A DNA stretch of 63,208 nucleotides, the filler included, from Sphacelaria rigidula (lineage: Eukaryota): NCBI GenBank assembly GCA_964200075.2. It is 11 parts of 11 records of this genome, joined end to end, with 100 filler letters (N's around TTAATTAATTAA, not from the genome) between each part and the next. Parts side by side here need not be neighbours in the genome. Positions count along the whole stretch, not along the records: positions 23,024 to 28,678 come from CAXNAA020025507.1; positions 28,779 to 34,433 come from CAXNAA020025508.1; positions 34,534 to 40,188 come from CAXNAA020025509.1; 8 more parts are not named here. One strand, 5' to 3'. Positions 23,090 to 34,679 of this stretch are shown here, piece by piece (the stretch's first letter is position 1; each line of letters starts with the position of its first letter). The position numbers were made by a program, and so were the translations under genes. The notes beneath the pieces are model-generated. The model was not told the origin of the DNA. It did not search any database and saw nothing but the letters and a program-made list of their open reading frames with translations.

Positions 23090-26000
23090 GCTAATCCGAC
23101 TGAACATCGATACCGCCGAAAGCATTGCTACCGTGGCTCTGAGAGCAGACAGCGGCGTGCGTTTCAGGACAAAGGTCGACTTGGTGGAGGTCAACGTGCA
23201 CGGGGTCCGCTGAACCCCGCGCAGAAACAACGAGGGATGAACCAGCGTAGGCGGAAGAGTGCGTGGAAACAGAGGATAGCACACAAACGCTGGGGCAAAT
23301 ACCAACAGAAAAGGGACATTAAAAACGAAGGAAGAGAAGAAGGGAAAGACCAGCTCGGGGAGCCGCCAAGGCTCAGGCTCGCGCCCGTCGCACCACCGCA
23401 AGGGCGGAGTCTCGATCCAAAGAGCTGGTGGTGGCCACTTGGAATGTACGCGCCATGGCTGCGGGAGATTCCAACGGCACAGGCCATGCCGAGGACCTGC
23501 TGCTTTTTGCATCCAATTAAAAGTGTGATTTCGTCGCACTCCAAAAACACCCGGCGCGATGGACGAACAACCTTTCACGCACCGGCAGCAGATTACATCG
23601 TTCACTACAGTGGTCACTGCCATGGAGACGGGGGTAAACCGGGGATGCTCGGAGTCGGCTTCGCCATCAAGAAGTCTATCGCCAGCATGCTGGGCCCAGA
23701 AGGCATCACCTCCGAACACGTGAGTGCTACGATCCTCAAGGTACGGGTTGCCTTCAGGCATAGAGTTGCAACAACCTTCTGGAAAAACCAAGTTCTGGAA
23801 AACCATCAGTAGTTCCATTGCTGAAGTGCCCACCAAGGAGCACCTAGTACTCATGATGGATGCCAATGCTCGTACCGGGAAGAGAGAAGGAGGAGACATG
23901 GATGACGCTCGGGTATTGGGAAAATATGGCAGAGACACCCGGAATGATAACGATAGACGCCTACTGAAGTGCGCTGCGGAACACAAAATGGCCATCACCG
24001 ACGCCTTTTTTCGCACACCAATGCGCGGGGAAAGCTCGACCGCATACACACATGCGGGACCGAAGGTCGAACACCGCTGGCGCCTGGACTACATCCTTGT
24101 ACGTCAGCAAGACCACAGACTCGTCCAACATGTCACTGTGCACCCCGAGATGAAGTCGGACCATCGGCTGGTCTCAGCCAACATCCGTCTGCTCGGACGC
24201 AACGCTCCCAACCGCCAACCAAAACCGAAAGGCGGGGATAGGGGAGTGCGTTTCGACCGCAACGCCCTCGCATCCGACCGGCGCTGGAGAGCGACTGTTT
24301 CACAGGCTATCGTCGCTAAGCTCCCGAATGTCACAAATTACCCCGCAGTAATGGGCATCAACGACATGGCATATACCTTCGCGGACGCCCTGCGACAGAC
24401 GGCCGCGAATACGCCCCCTCAATGCACCAAAAAAAACCCATCTACATGTTTCAGTGGGTCAACTCAAGCTCAGGATCATCTCCAAAATGCGTGGGATCTC
24501 AGGGGAAGTGTATCGAAGAATCTGCGAGCGAACCCGAAAGACGCTGTCCTGAAGAAGGCACTCAAGGTAACGGACATAGCGTTCGAGCGGGTGGAGAATG
24601 CTGAGCAGAGAACTTCGTTAACGAGTTCACTACCCTGACCGCGGAGTTCGTTCGCAAGAAGGATCAAGCAGGACTGTACCAGCCTATCGAGTCCTTGGAA
24701 CTTGGAGGGAAGAAGCAGAGCGACTCAACGTACATCAGGAGCGCGACTGGTGAGCTGTTGCGGGACAAGCAAGCTATCCTTCAACGGTGGAAGGAATGGT
24801 TCGAAACACTGCTGACGCAACCCCACCTACGATCGACCACTCTGTCATCGATCTCATCGAACAGCTGCCGGAGCACACACCGCTCGCGTCGGACCCCTCG
24901 ATGGCAGAAGTGAAGCAAGCGATGGGCAAACTGGCAAAGGGCAAGGCTGCTGGGACGGACAACATATGTGGCGAACTGTTGAAGCTCGGCCGCACCGAAG
25001 ACTCTGCAATCCTGAAGTGCCTCCACGACATTGTGCTCACCGTGTGGCGTCAGGAACTCGTACCGCAAGAATGAAAAGACACCATCATCAGGGTGCTCTT
25101 CAAGAAGCAGGACCCGTGCGAATGCGGCAACTACCGCGGTACTTCTCTCGGGTCTCACGCGGGCAAGGTGGTGCTCAAGATAGTTGCGACTCGCCTCAGC
25201 GACTACTGCGAGTGGAAGGGAATCCTCCCAGAAGCGCAATGCGGTTTCCGGCCTGGCCGTGCTACAGTCGACATGATGTTTGTTGTACGCAGACTCCAGG
25301 AACTGGCCCGAGAGAAGAATCTCCCTCTGTACATGTGCTCCATCGACCTCCAAAAGGCATGCGACTCAGTGGACCGCTCTCTTCTCTGGAAAGTTCTAGC
25401 GCGCTACGGTATACCCACTAAGGTAATTTCCATCATCCGCCAATTCCATGACGGCATGCGGGCATCCGTACGCCTGGACACCGGCGAGACATCTGAGTGG
25501 TTTGACGTCAACCAAGGCCTCCGCCAAGGCTGTGTACTTGCCCCCGGTCTGTTCAACATCTTTTTCGCGGCGGTGATGACGGTTTTGTTCGACCACGTCT
25601 CGATCAATAAAGCGGTCATCCAGGATTTCATCTGAATCGCTGCAAGGGGCGGAAAGCTCAGCAAAGTGCTCCGGGCCATGCTATACGCCGACGACGCTGG
25701 AGTCGCCTCGCCGTCTCGAGAAAGCCTGGCAAAGGTGATGACGGCCATCGTTGAGGTCTGTGCGGCGTTCGGCCTCGTCTTCGTGGAAACGAAGACGGTC
25801 ACCATGCACATGTGTTCCCCGACTATAGAGATAGCTACGGACGAGGTGGGGGCAGCTGGCCAACCATACAAGCAAGTTGAGTCGTTCCTCTACCTTGGCG
25901 AAAAAGTCATCAGCATCGGTGATGTCACCCCTGAGATCCACAGCCGCATTGGCCAGGCCTGGACGTGCTTCTACAAGTACAGCAAAGTTGTATGCGACAA

Positions 26001-27044
26001 CCCGTACATCGCCCTCGCCACCAAGGTTCGTCTCCTGAAAACTGAAGTGATCGAGGAAATGGTGTACGGCTGCGTGACCTGGACGATCGCACACGACAAT
26101 TTCGACGCGTAACGCGAAGCCCATCGAGGATTCCTGCTGAGTTGCCTCAATGAGCATACCTTGAGCCGCAGCGCCCCTGACCACCACATGTTGCCATACC
26201 ACGAGGTTCTAGAACGAATAAGCTGCGAGTGGATTGAGGCCACAGTGATGAAGCGAACCCTCCTACACGCCGGCCGCATTGTGCGCATGCTGCACGCCCC
26301 CCCAACATTGTCATGCGTGGAGTCATGGTTGGGGCGACGACGAAGTTGGGCGACCAGCAAGGCGCCTACAACACTGTATCACGGACTACTGCTAGTACTT
26401 CGGGTTAAATGCGACATCGTAGACGCAGGTTGCCCAAGATGTATCCGAGTGGTCCCGAGTTGTAGAGAAGGGGGCTGACATGTACATGGCAGCCTGGACA
26501 AAAGCACGGCACGCAAAGGAACGTTTTGCTGTGCTACCACTTGAGCTCTCCCAGTGCCTACCGAGGACCCTCAAAACGTAATCACTAGTCCATCGGGAGG
26601 TACACTCACTAGGACGTCTGCGGTTTCTCCGAACAGCTATGGTGGTGATCTATGAGTGTGCCTGAGTTTGATTCTTGAGTTGCCCCCCGCCCGGTGGCCT
26701 TGCGAATCCCTTTGTGTCATCCGTCTTTCCTCTTCTTGTCTTTTCTTTTATTTCCCTTTTCTGTCAGTGTGCTTTTCTTAGCAGATCTGAAGATATTTTT
26801 TCTCACCCCGTTGAATTCGGGGAAGCTACTTCTCATGCTTTCTTGGCGTCTCTCTTCTTATTTTCGTTTTGGTAATATTTGAGTTGATCGCGTTTGTTCA
26901 TGTACTTAGGCTAGAGTCTCTGAAAAAATGATGGGGGACTCTATGTCTTGTAAGAAATAGCAGGGACGGTATTGGAAAGACGAGCCTACGTCTGTGACCA
27001 CGGGTTCGAAAGATCGGACTAATGTGCGAAAATAATAATAAAAA
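23090..27044 (+). mobile_element. Non-LTR retrotransposon (LINE, RTE-like: AP endonuclease + RT), degenerate, near full length
   Basis: Endonuclease motifs (ATWNVR, GVGFAIK, MDANARTG, LDYILV, SDHRLV) and RT motifs ([44 protein letters not shown]), with many stops/frameshifts, a T-rich 3'UTR and an AAAATAATAATAAAAA tail at ~27029-27045. Confidence 0.93.
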
Positions 27045-27049
27045 ATGGG

Positions 27050-28200
27050 TGTTAAGCCGACACTGCATACAAACCGAAGCGTGACGCGTTCGGCGGTACT
27101 ACGTGCTCACTGCACAGTGGTGGGGTGCAGGGTGACAAAGCACACCGCAGGACGTGAAATCCTTAGCATTTCATTGTCCTGCTTTGATTTCGCGTTGTCC
27201 TATGCACTTCGCCACATCATGAACGCAGCCGGTTGTACCGCGGGCGACCTGTACGCAGGATGTCACGCCTCGATACGCGCTATTTTGCAACGTCATATTT
27301 CGTAAAGCTGTCCATGTTGCAGCTACAGCGTGCGTTCGCCCCAGGTGGCGTACGCAGGAGTGAAAGGCCGCCTGCGCCGCTGTGATGGCTGCCTGTATCT
27401 CTGGGGAAGCTGTATGGTAACACACCCGCGGCTGGTGCACCCACATATACCGAAAGGTGGATACCGGCGTCCAGATTAGATGGAATGACAACACACTGAC
27501 TTGGCGCAGTGCACTTTCAACAACGTCTTCGTACTGACTGTAGAAATATTTTGTCCACGGTTGGGTACATTTCCATATATAATGCAGGGTCTGGTACATC
27601 TCGACTTATAATGTAACGGAGGGTCTGGTATATTTTCACCTGTACATGTGAAATCGAGAAAACATCCGCAACATCTGGGCGAACTGCAGGTGAGACCCAA
27701 TCGCCGAGGTATGGACCTGCAAACTCTGCTCCAGTGTACTGTAAGTTGACATCGCTAGAAGGACACTACCATAACATTCTTGCCGGCTGCCAGACTGACA
27801 CAGACTGTCAGGACGTAGGATCCGCTAGAATTTCTACTGTCTGTATCGGGGTGTTGCCCCCTTGTCAGGTACGTTTTGGAGTATAATACTATTAAAGATG
27901 ATGACCGTCCTTCCTTGTACATGGGCACCAAACGCTGGGTGTCCTCACTCAAGACTTCGATTTGGAGGATGATACTAAGTAGGCAGCGGCAACTGCTGTG
28001 TGTCCAGGTGCCTCTTGGAGCAGGATGCGTTTGGTGTCTGCTCAACGAAGTTATCCCCAAAATCGAAATCGATGGGGGTTTTAGAGTGGAAAAATATAGC
28101 AAAAAAACTATCACAAGAATCGGGTCGCAAGAATCAGGTCGCAAAATCCGATTAGTCGATTCTTTACCCGCAGCAGAAGCCGACTTAACTTTGTGAAATT
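27050..28200 (+). repeat. ~1.1-kb non-coding dispersed repeat, copy 2
   Basis: Colinear with 18990-20105; begins right after the LINE tail. Confidence 0.9.
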
Positions 28201-28800
28201 GGAATTCAAGGTCCCTCGCTGGCCTTCGGCCGGCAGCGGTCCCTTTTTTAGCGGGTCACGGCTGACGCCTTACCAACATCCAAGCCTTCGTCATTTGTTG
28301 TGTAAAATGATTTTTCGAGAAGCATGAAAGGTTCGGCGCTCGGTTTGGCAGGAGGGTTGGCGGGGAGGCGGTGAAGAATACGTGAGCCAGAATGGGCTGT
28401 TACTGTGTGATTGTAAAACACGAAGAGTGTGAGGAATGGTATTAAGTGCACCATAGGAAACGTAGACCCGACTTCAAGTGTCGGCGGTACACTTTTCCAT
28501 GTAATTCGTGTTCAAGCATCATGAAAAAGAAGAACGCCACATGACGGAAAACAAACGCGATTTGCGGTGTCGGAAAGCGGTGTTCTAAAAGAGAAACGCT
28601 TGAAGGGTGTACTCATGATCACGCATGCCATAGTCATAAGACCATTGACCTCGCATCACTACAAAGCCGGGACGGAGCNNNNNNNNNNNNNNNNNNNNNN
28701 NNNNNNNNNNNNNNNNNNNNNNTTAATTAATTAANNNNNNNNNNNNNNNNNNNNNNNNNNNNNNNNNNNNNNNNNNNNCGTGCAAGAGAGATATGCCACT

Positions 28801-29000
28801 TCAGCCCCATATTTTGTATGAACCCCAAAATATAAAATCGGCTGTTTTTTGGAGAAATTCCGGAGAGGCCTCAAAAATATTTTCAAAAGGCTCCCACGTA
28901 CGCTCGTCGACTTCAAAACCTACCCAGTCGACCAATACGATCAACGAACGATCCTCTGCCTCTGCCACGCGAACAATCCAAGCCATCTGAAATTGCCCCT
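28801..29000 (-). pseudogene. Integrase-associated chromodomain
   Basis: LIVLVDWVGFEVDERTWEPFENI matches the chromodomain pattern lv.W.G....tWEP..nl. Confidence 0.85.
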
Positions 29001-32000
29001 GGTTGAAAGCGTGCTGAAACACATCCTTTACGTCTGCCGTTACATTAGGCTGTGAGTCTGCATAAAAACGCAGACGAACTCTTTGCAACGCACGCTTCAG
29101 TTGCGCATCGTCCAAGGCATCACAGTTCCACTCCCCCGCCGATGAGGAGGCCAACACCGAGAAAGACGTCCGAGGTTGACCATGCGTTCGCACGTACCGT
29201 TAGACCACGGAGATACGCTCCCGCAAACTGGTGAGCAACGCGCAAAGCCTCTCGAAATCGGGCCAAGATCTCATTCTTGACATGCGTGTGGCGGTATCAC
29301 TCACCCACAGACGGGGCACCTCCAAAGTTTTGCACCAATTCAGCAAAGACGCAGCAGTCGATTCAGCAGTACACACTGCTACTGGTTCCAGAGCCACAAA
29401 GTTGCTCAAATTATCCATGATTACCAACATATTCGAAACCCAGCATCCTCCGACAAATCTTGGGAAGCTAGCGGGCCACTCTCGCCCACGTACAAGAGGT
29501 CAAAATGAACGACTTCATTCGGCGTGGTCCCATGGACCGTTTCGCCGAGCGGGCGGGGAATAACATCGCCCGCCCTCGAGTCAGCACAGTGAAGACACTG
29601 GCGGACAAATTCGCGCACATTAGTTTCTATGCCCTGCCAGACACAAAGTTCTTGCAAACGCACGAGCGTCGTAGCCACACCACGATGCCCAGCGTCACGC
29701 ATGTGCGCGCAAATCATCAGACGTGCCTGCAACTGCTTGTCAGAACTCGGAATCCACAAAACGTTTCAGCCACGCACATGCACACGAAACAGACCTTCAT
29801 TTTCCAAGATAGCAGTACCAACGTTCGACTCGAAAGATTGCACATCCGCATCTTCGGCCCCAAGGTCTTTTCGTTGCGCTTGGCGGACAACAGATTTAGA
29901 CGACATCGAGTCATTAGGGTCACACGGACCATACACAGCCTCAGCGCGCACAGGCATCCGAATTTAAACTGTAGGTACCTGCATGACCAAACTACCCCAA
30001 TGGCACTCAAATGCATCCGGAAACATTGACACCTGACAATCAGGACGAGGATGAAGTAGCGTCACGGCATGGGCCACGAGATCCTTCGCTGCCGCCCACG
30101 CCTGCAGCCTGCCCTCCGCCCACGATGCAGCCTTCTTCGGAAACGGCATATCCGGACTGGACCACCCCGCCTGCGAATTCCGTAACACCAACCCGAGCGC
30201 CAAAAGAGCCACCATGCACAGCGCCAACCAACTCGACTTCATTGGATCGTACCGCCCCAGGTTTTAGCTGAAGAAGCATGGGATCCTCACGCACAGGGGG
30301 ATCACCCCGCAGCGCACGACGAAAACGCGTTGACGCGGCAATGCAATACACCGCGCAGGCACTTCGCTTTTGAGACGCTGAGGCCTTTTGCCACAGCATT
30401 TGTCACGCTCTCCTCCAGCGCGACCTTCCGTGCGAACTCCTCTTTTGCCCGGTCCATGAACATACCCAGGCCGCGCTCTACTAAGCGTTACACCGCCGCA
30501 TCTCGCTCCTCGGTCACCTACCTCCCAGTCTCCTGAAAAGCATCCGCCGACCAGCTCACGCGATGACTGCCCAAAAAGGCGGGCGTCTCCAAGCGTGGAC
30601 CAGGCGGAGACACCCGCGTCTTCATAGAGTCCCACAACCGCCAGCGTTGACTCCAATATCCTGAAGCATCGGCAACCCCAAAAGAATAACGCCATCCGAC
30701 TCCGGCATGATCGCAAACGAGATCGGAGGCAACTGCGCCGGTCCCCAGGATGTCATCAAAGTCAGCTGCAGCGGAACCGTGCGCTCTGTGACGTGAAGAT
30801 GCTGACCCGACGCGGTGACGGCGTGCCGCGCCCCGAGCGAAAACGGATTGCGCAGCGGCACACCCGGGAGAAAACCCTCCAACATATCTACAATCTGTAC
30901 CGACAGACTCGCATGACCCGTCAAGTGGACGCCAGAATCCCACTTAGCCTGAACCGCAATGGCTCCACGCTCCCGTTGATCTGGAAGGTACAGCTCCGAA
31001 GGAACGTACCTGTCCACAAACTTCACTGGCAATTTATTGGCCGACCGATGCGCCGCTAATCCCACGTGACGCCACGGCTGCGCAAGCTGCGCAGGCGAAG
31101 ACGCCCCGGCAGGTTCAAACGGCACCGCCGGCGGGTATAACCCCCAGCCAGCAGACCAAGAATTTGGCGAACCTCCGGCCAGCGCGTCAGCAGGCGTCGC
31201 GCCTGGCGCTGCTGTCGGTGTCGCCGCCGGCGCCACCACCGGCGCCGGCGCAGTGTTCGACACTGTAGAAGTCGGCCCCACCTGCACGGCCTGTTGCGAA
31301 GCAGCAGCACCTGCAGCGGCGCCGGACCCAGAACAAGACCCATGCTGCTGCTGCTGCTGCTGCTGCCGAGGACTCGACTGCGACCCTCCACCGCCGGAGG
31401 ATCCGCCGCCGCCACCCCGATTACCTTGTCTTTTGCCCTTGTGCTAACGATGCTGATGGCGCGCGGCATGAGACTGCCCAGACTTTCCACCGGAAGACGT
31501 TGGGCAATCGCGCGAATAATGACCGACCTGGCCACAACAGTGGCAAGTGCCCGCCGCATGCCCAGCATGCTTTCCGATCGCCGAAACCAATTGCGGCGGG
31601 GTGTTTGTGGTATTTTTATGCTCCAAACGAGCCAGCACGCTCTGCATATAAGTCGGCACTTGTTGAGCCATTGGCACCACCTGATGCCGCACAGAACCCC
31701 CTGCGTGAGCGTGCTTCACACGCTTCTTGTACTGAAAGTACTTTGTAATAAAAGTACGAGATGCACTTTCTGAGTACCTATCCTCGTATTGGGGAGGTCG
31801 CAAATCTCCCCGCATGACCACGGGTGTCGCCATAGCTGTAGCTGTAGCTGTAACCGGCTATCTGCGAACCTTTGCAGGCCAGCCGACCTTCGCGAATTGC
31901 ACTTTCCTCGCTTCGTCGCCGCACCACACAGTCGTAGGAGCCTCCAAACTCCCTCTGCACGCAGCTTCAGCAAGTCTTCAGTCTGGATCAATCACAGGCC

Positions 32001-32142
32001 AGCCACCATTCTGCAGCTGCCTTAAGTGGAACCCTCTCCACGCGTCCGTGGTGTATCAGGTGTACACTGCTCCCAGACTCCTACCGAAACCCTTTGTTTC
32101 TAGCACTAACACTGGCACTAGTACTAATATCGATATTATGAC

Positions 32143-32323
32143 GCCAGCCAGTGGAACCAATGTTGGATCACTGCGGTTGAGGGACTCCCCAGCCTTACTG
32201 GCCTCAGTTTCAGTTATCAGCCTTTACAACATTCCATGAGTCTGGAGTACCCTCCAGGCGGCTCCATAAACCACATCAGGGTATCACCCCTGTGTCCATG
32301 TCATCATCCATATCATCACTACA
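32143..32323 (-). repeat. Primer-binding site and candidate 5' LTR of the Gypsy element
   Basis: The minus strand reads ...CCAACA-T-TGGTTCCACTGGCTGG: LTR end at 32161, then TGG complementary to tRNA CCA. Candidate LTR start TGTAGTG at 32323. The primer may be a tRNA-Glu (inference only). Confidence 0.55.
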
Positions 32324-32429
32324 GATCCCAAGTCATCATCCAATCATCGCTATACCCTCAACGGGACGGCGTGATTTCGTCGCAGATCTTTCTCTTGCAT
32401 ACACACACCCAACTGGCCTGTGGCAGGCT

Positions 32430-34350
32430 CTTGGGGTCGGGCGCCTGGATGGTCAGATATCTCAGGGTAGAACCAACGATGAATACCAGTTCAAACTGGA
32501 TCATCTGTTATTTTCGCCCCAGCGCACCGTCCTTGCTGGCATGTGTGTGACAGAGAACAGTAGTAGCGGTGACGGGAATATTTTCCTGTTTTTCAGCGCA
32601 CAGAGGCGCGTCCTGTTCAAAAAGAGAGGCAGAGAGAAATCGATCTTCGCATTGGTGAGCTCCAGAGACAAGAGACGAAATCTCTCCGCAGCTCGATGTT
32701 CTATGGGGATACCTACCGGCGCATGAGAAATTCCGTACGTACTGGTAATATGCATGATGCCAATCTGTCGAGCGATTGGTAATTGCCCAGCGAGAACACG
32801 TAAAGGACACGGAAGAGGAGCTTCCTCCCTGTCGTTGCTTTTCTCTCTGGTAATATCGTCATCGACACACGTGTACACCGCAGTCGTTCGGTGCATTTAG
32901 CCAGAACTCATGATTCACAGGTGCAGAGTTTTGGAGGGGAAGATGGTTTCGCTCTGTATTACTGTTTCGCGTCATCCCTGCAAAAACAAAATGTCACTCG
33001 AGCCTCATTTTTGAGATGGACCCCATTTTTCAGGATCCGCTGTTGATTCCTCCCTGATCTCGCAAACATGTAATCAGGTTTTCGAGTTTCGTAACCAAAC
33101 TTTGTGGATTAATATGATCCTTGGACTACCCCGGGATCCAACAACGTTTTGGTAAGATTGAGAGTAGAGCGCTGATTGAGAGTGGCTTCGATCATTATTC
33201 ATTCGCTTTAACTTCGACAATTCTTCATTCCGTGTGTGCTTTTCTTTGCCTGTACAGAGCACGAGATCTTACAAATCGGGGATAGATTTTTTATTGGGGA
33301 TAAGAAACCCTGAGAATTAAAATCTTCGTATCCACACGAAATCTTCGAAATATGGTTTCATTTCTTCACCTACTGATAGCTATTGACAACTGTTAGACGC
33401 CATAGAAATGTGAATTTCGATCACCAAAATGTCCGGGTCCTAGGTCAAAAAACAATTTGGGGAAAATTCGGGTGTCCGAACGGACGCCAAAATGGTTTCG
33501 AACTTGGTTCTTCACCTAGGATCCCAACATTTCGGTGATCGAAATCCAAATTTCTATGGTGTTCAGCAGTTGTCAATAAATATCAGTAGGTGAAGAAATG
33601 GAACCATATGTCGAAGATTTGGTGTCGATACGAATATTTTAATTCTCCGGGTTTCTCATCCCCAATAAAAGATCCGTCCCCGAATTGTAAGATCCCGTGT
33701 TACAGGCTGGTTCAAGGGAAAAAAAAAAATTCCGTCGTCAGCAAATAACAGCGGATCCTGGATAGTGGGGTTCATCTCAAAAATGAGGTCCAAGTGGCAT
33801 TTCTTTTTGGCAGGGATCACGCGAAACACTTACGACCGAGCGAAGCCATCTTCCCCCCCAAATGTTCGCAGCAGTTAAGCAGCTGTGGCGACGTGCACCT
33901 AACGAATGCGGTGTACACNNNNNNNNNNGAGGAAGCTCCTCGCCCGGGTCCTTTGTGTGTCCTCGCTCGGCGATTACTAATCGCTCGAGAAACTGGCATC
34001 ATCGATGTTATTATATCAGCACGTGCCAAAGTTTTCATGTGCCGAAGCATCGAGGTGCGGAGAGATTTCCTCTCGTCTTACAATTGCCTGTCGAGCTCAC
34101 GAATGCGAAGATCGATTTCTCTCTGCCTCCCCTTTTGGACAGGACGCGCCTGTGTGCGCTGAAAAACATGTCGTTGAAAAACAGGGCAATGTTCCTGTCA
34201 CCGCTACTGCTGTTCTCTGTCACACACATGCCAGCAAGGACGTGGTGCGGCGAAAATAACAGATATATCCAATTTGAACGTGGAGGGTGTTATTCATCGT
34301 TGATTTTACCCGACATGTATGTGAGCGACCCTCTGGGTGCCCAACGACAA
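32430..34350. repeat. Large foldback element (~600-bp inverted arms, ~32430-33050 and ~33745-34350) with nested insertions
   Basis: CTTGCTGGCATGTGTGTGACAGAGAACAG...GCAGAGAGAAATCGATCTTCGCATT...CAGGATCCGCTGTT is mirrored in the right arm. Confidence 0.88.
33258..33701. mobile_element. Palindromic MITE (AACACGGG family) with 4-bp TSD ACAG
   Basis: ~200-bp inverted arms; ACAG at both 33254-33257 and 33702-33705. Confidence 0.88.
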
Positions 34351-34679
34351 CAGCGTGCGAGACGCCAGTTGGAGGGGGGGTGTACTCATGATCATGCATG
34401 CCATAGTCATCAGACCACTGACCTCGCATCCCTNNNNNNNNNNNNNNNNNNNNNNNNNNNNNNNNNNNNNNNNNNNNTTAATTAATTAANNNNNNNNNNN
34501 NNNNNNNNNNNNNNNNNNNNNNNNNNNNNNNNNCAAATCGGACATCGTTCAGGGCTCGTACAAACATAACGATACAGACTTATGGGACAGAGGAAATATA
34601 TATGTAATGGAAGCTCTTTTCAAGTGCTCTTCAACGCAGACATTCTTAGATGAACGGCTTTGAAGCACGTGGTAATACA

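Larger units (their letters stand above)
28779..32323 (-). mobile_element. Ty3/Gypsy LTR retrotransposon with chromodomain integrase, degenerate, RT deleted
   Basis: Order on the minus strand: LTR/PBS, gag with CCHC knuckle (CHCCGQVGHYSRDC), protease region, RT-RNaseH connection (AVTLLHP...FPDA...HWG), integrase (H...GHRG...C..C, VHFDLLY, WVSD), chromodomain (VLVDWVGFEVDERTWEP). Confidence 0.9.

Noticed and set aside
23027..24049. 340-aa minus-strand ORF
   Set aside because: Antisense shadow of the LINE endonuclease region.
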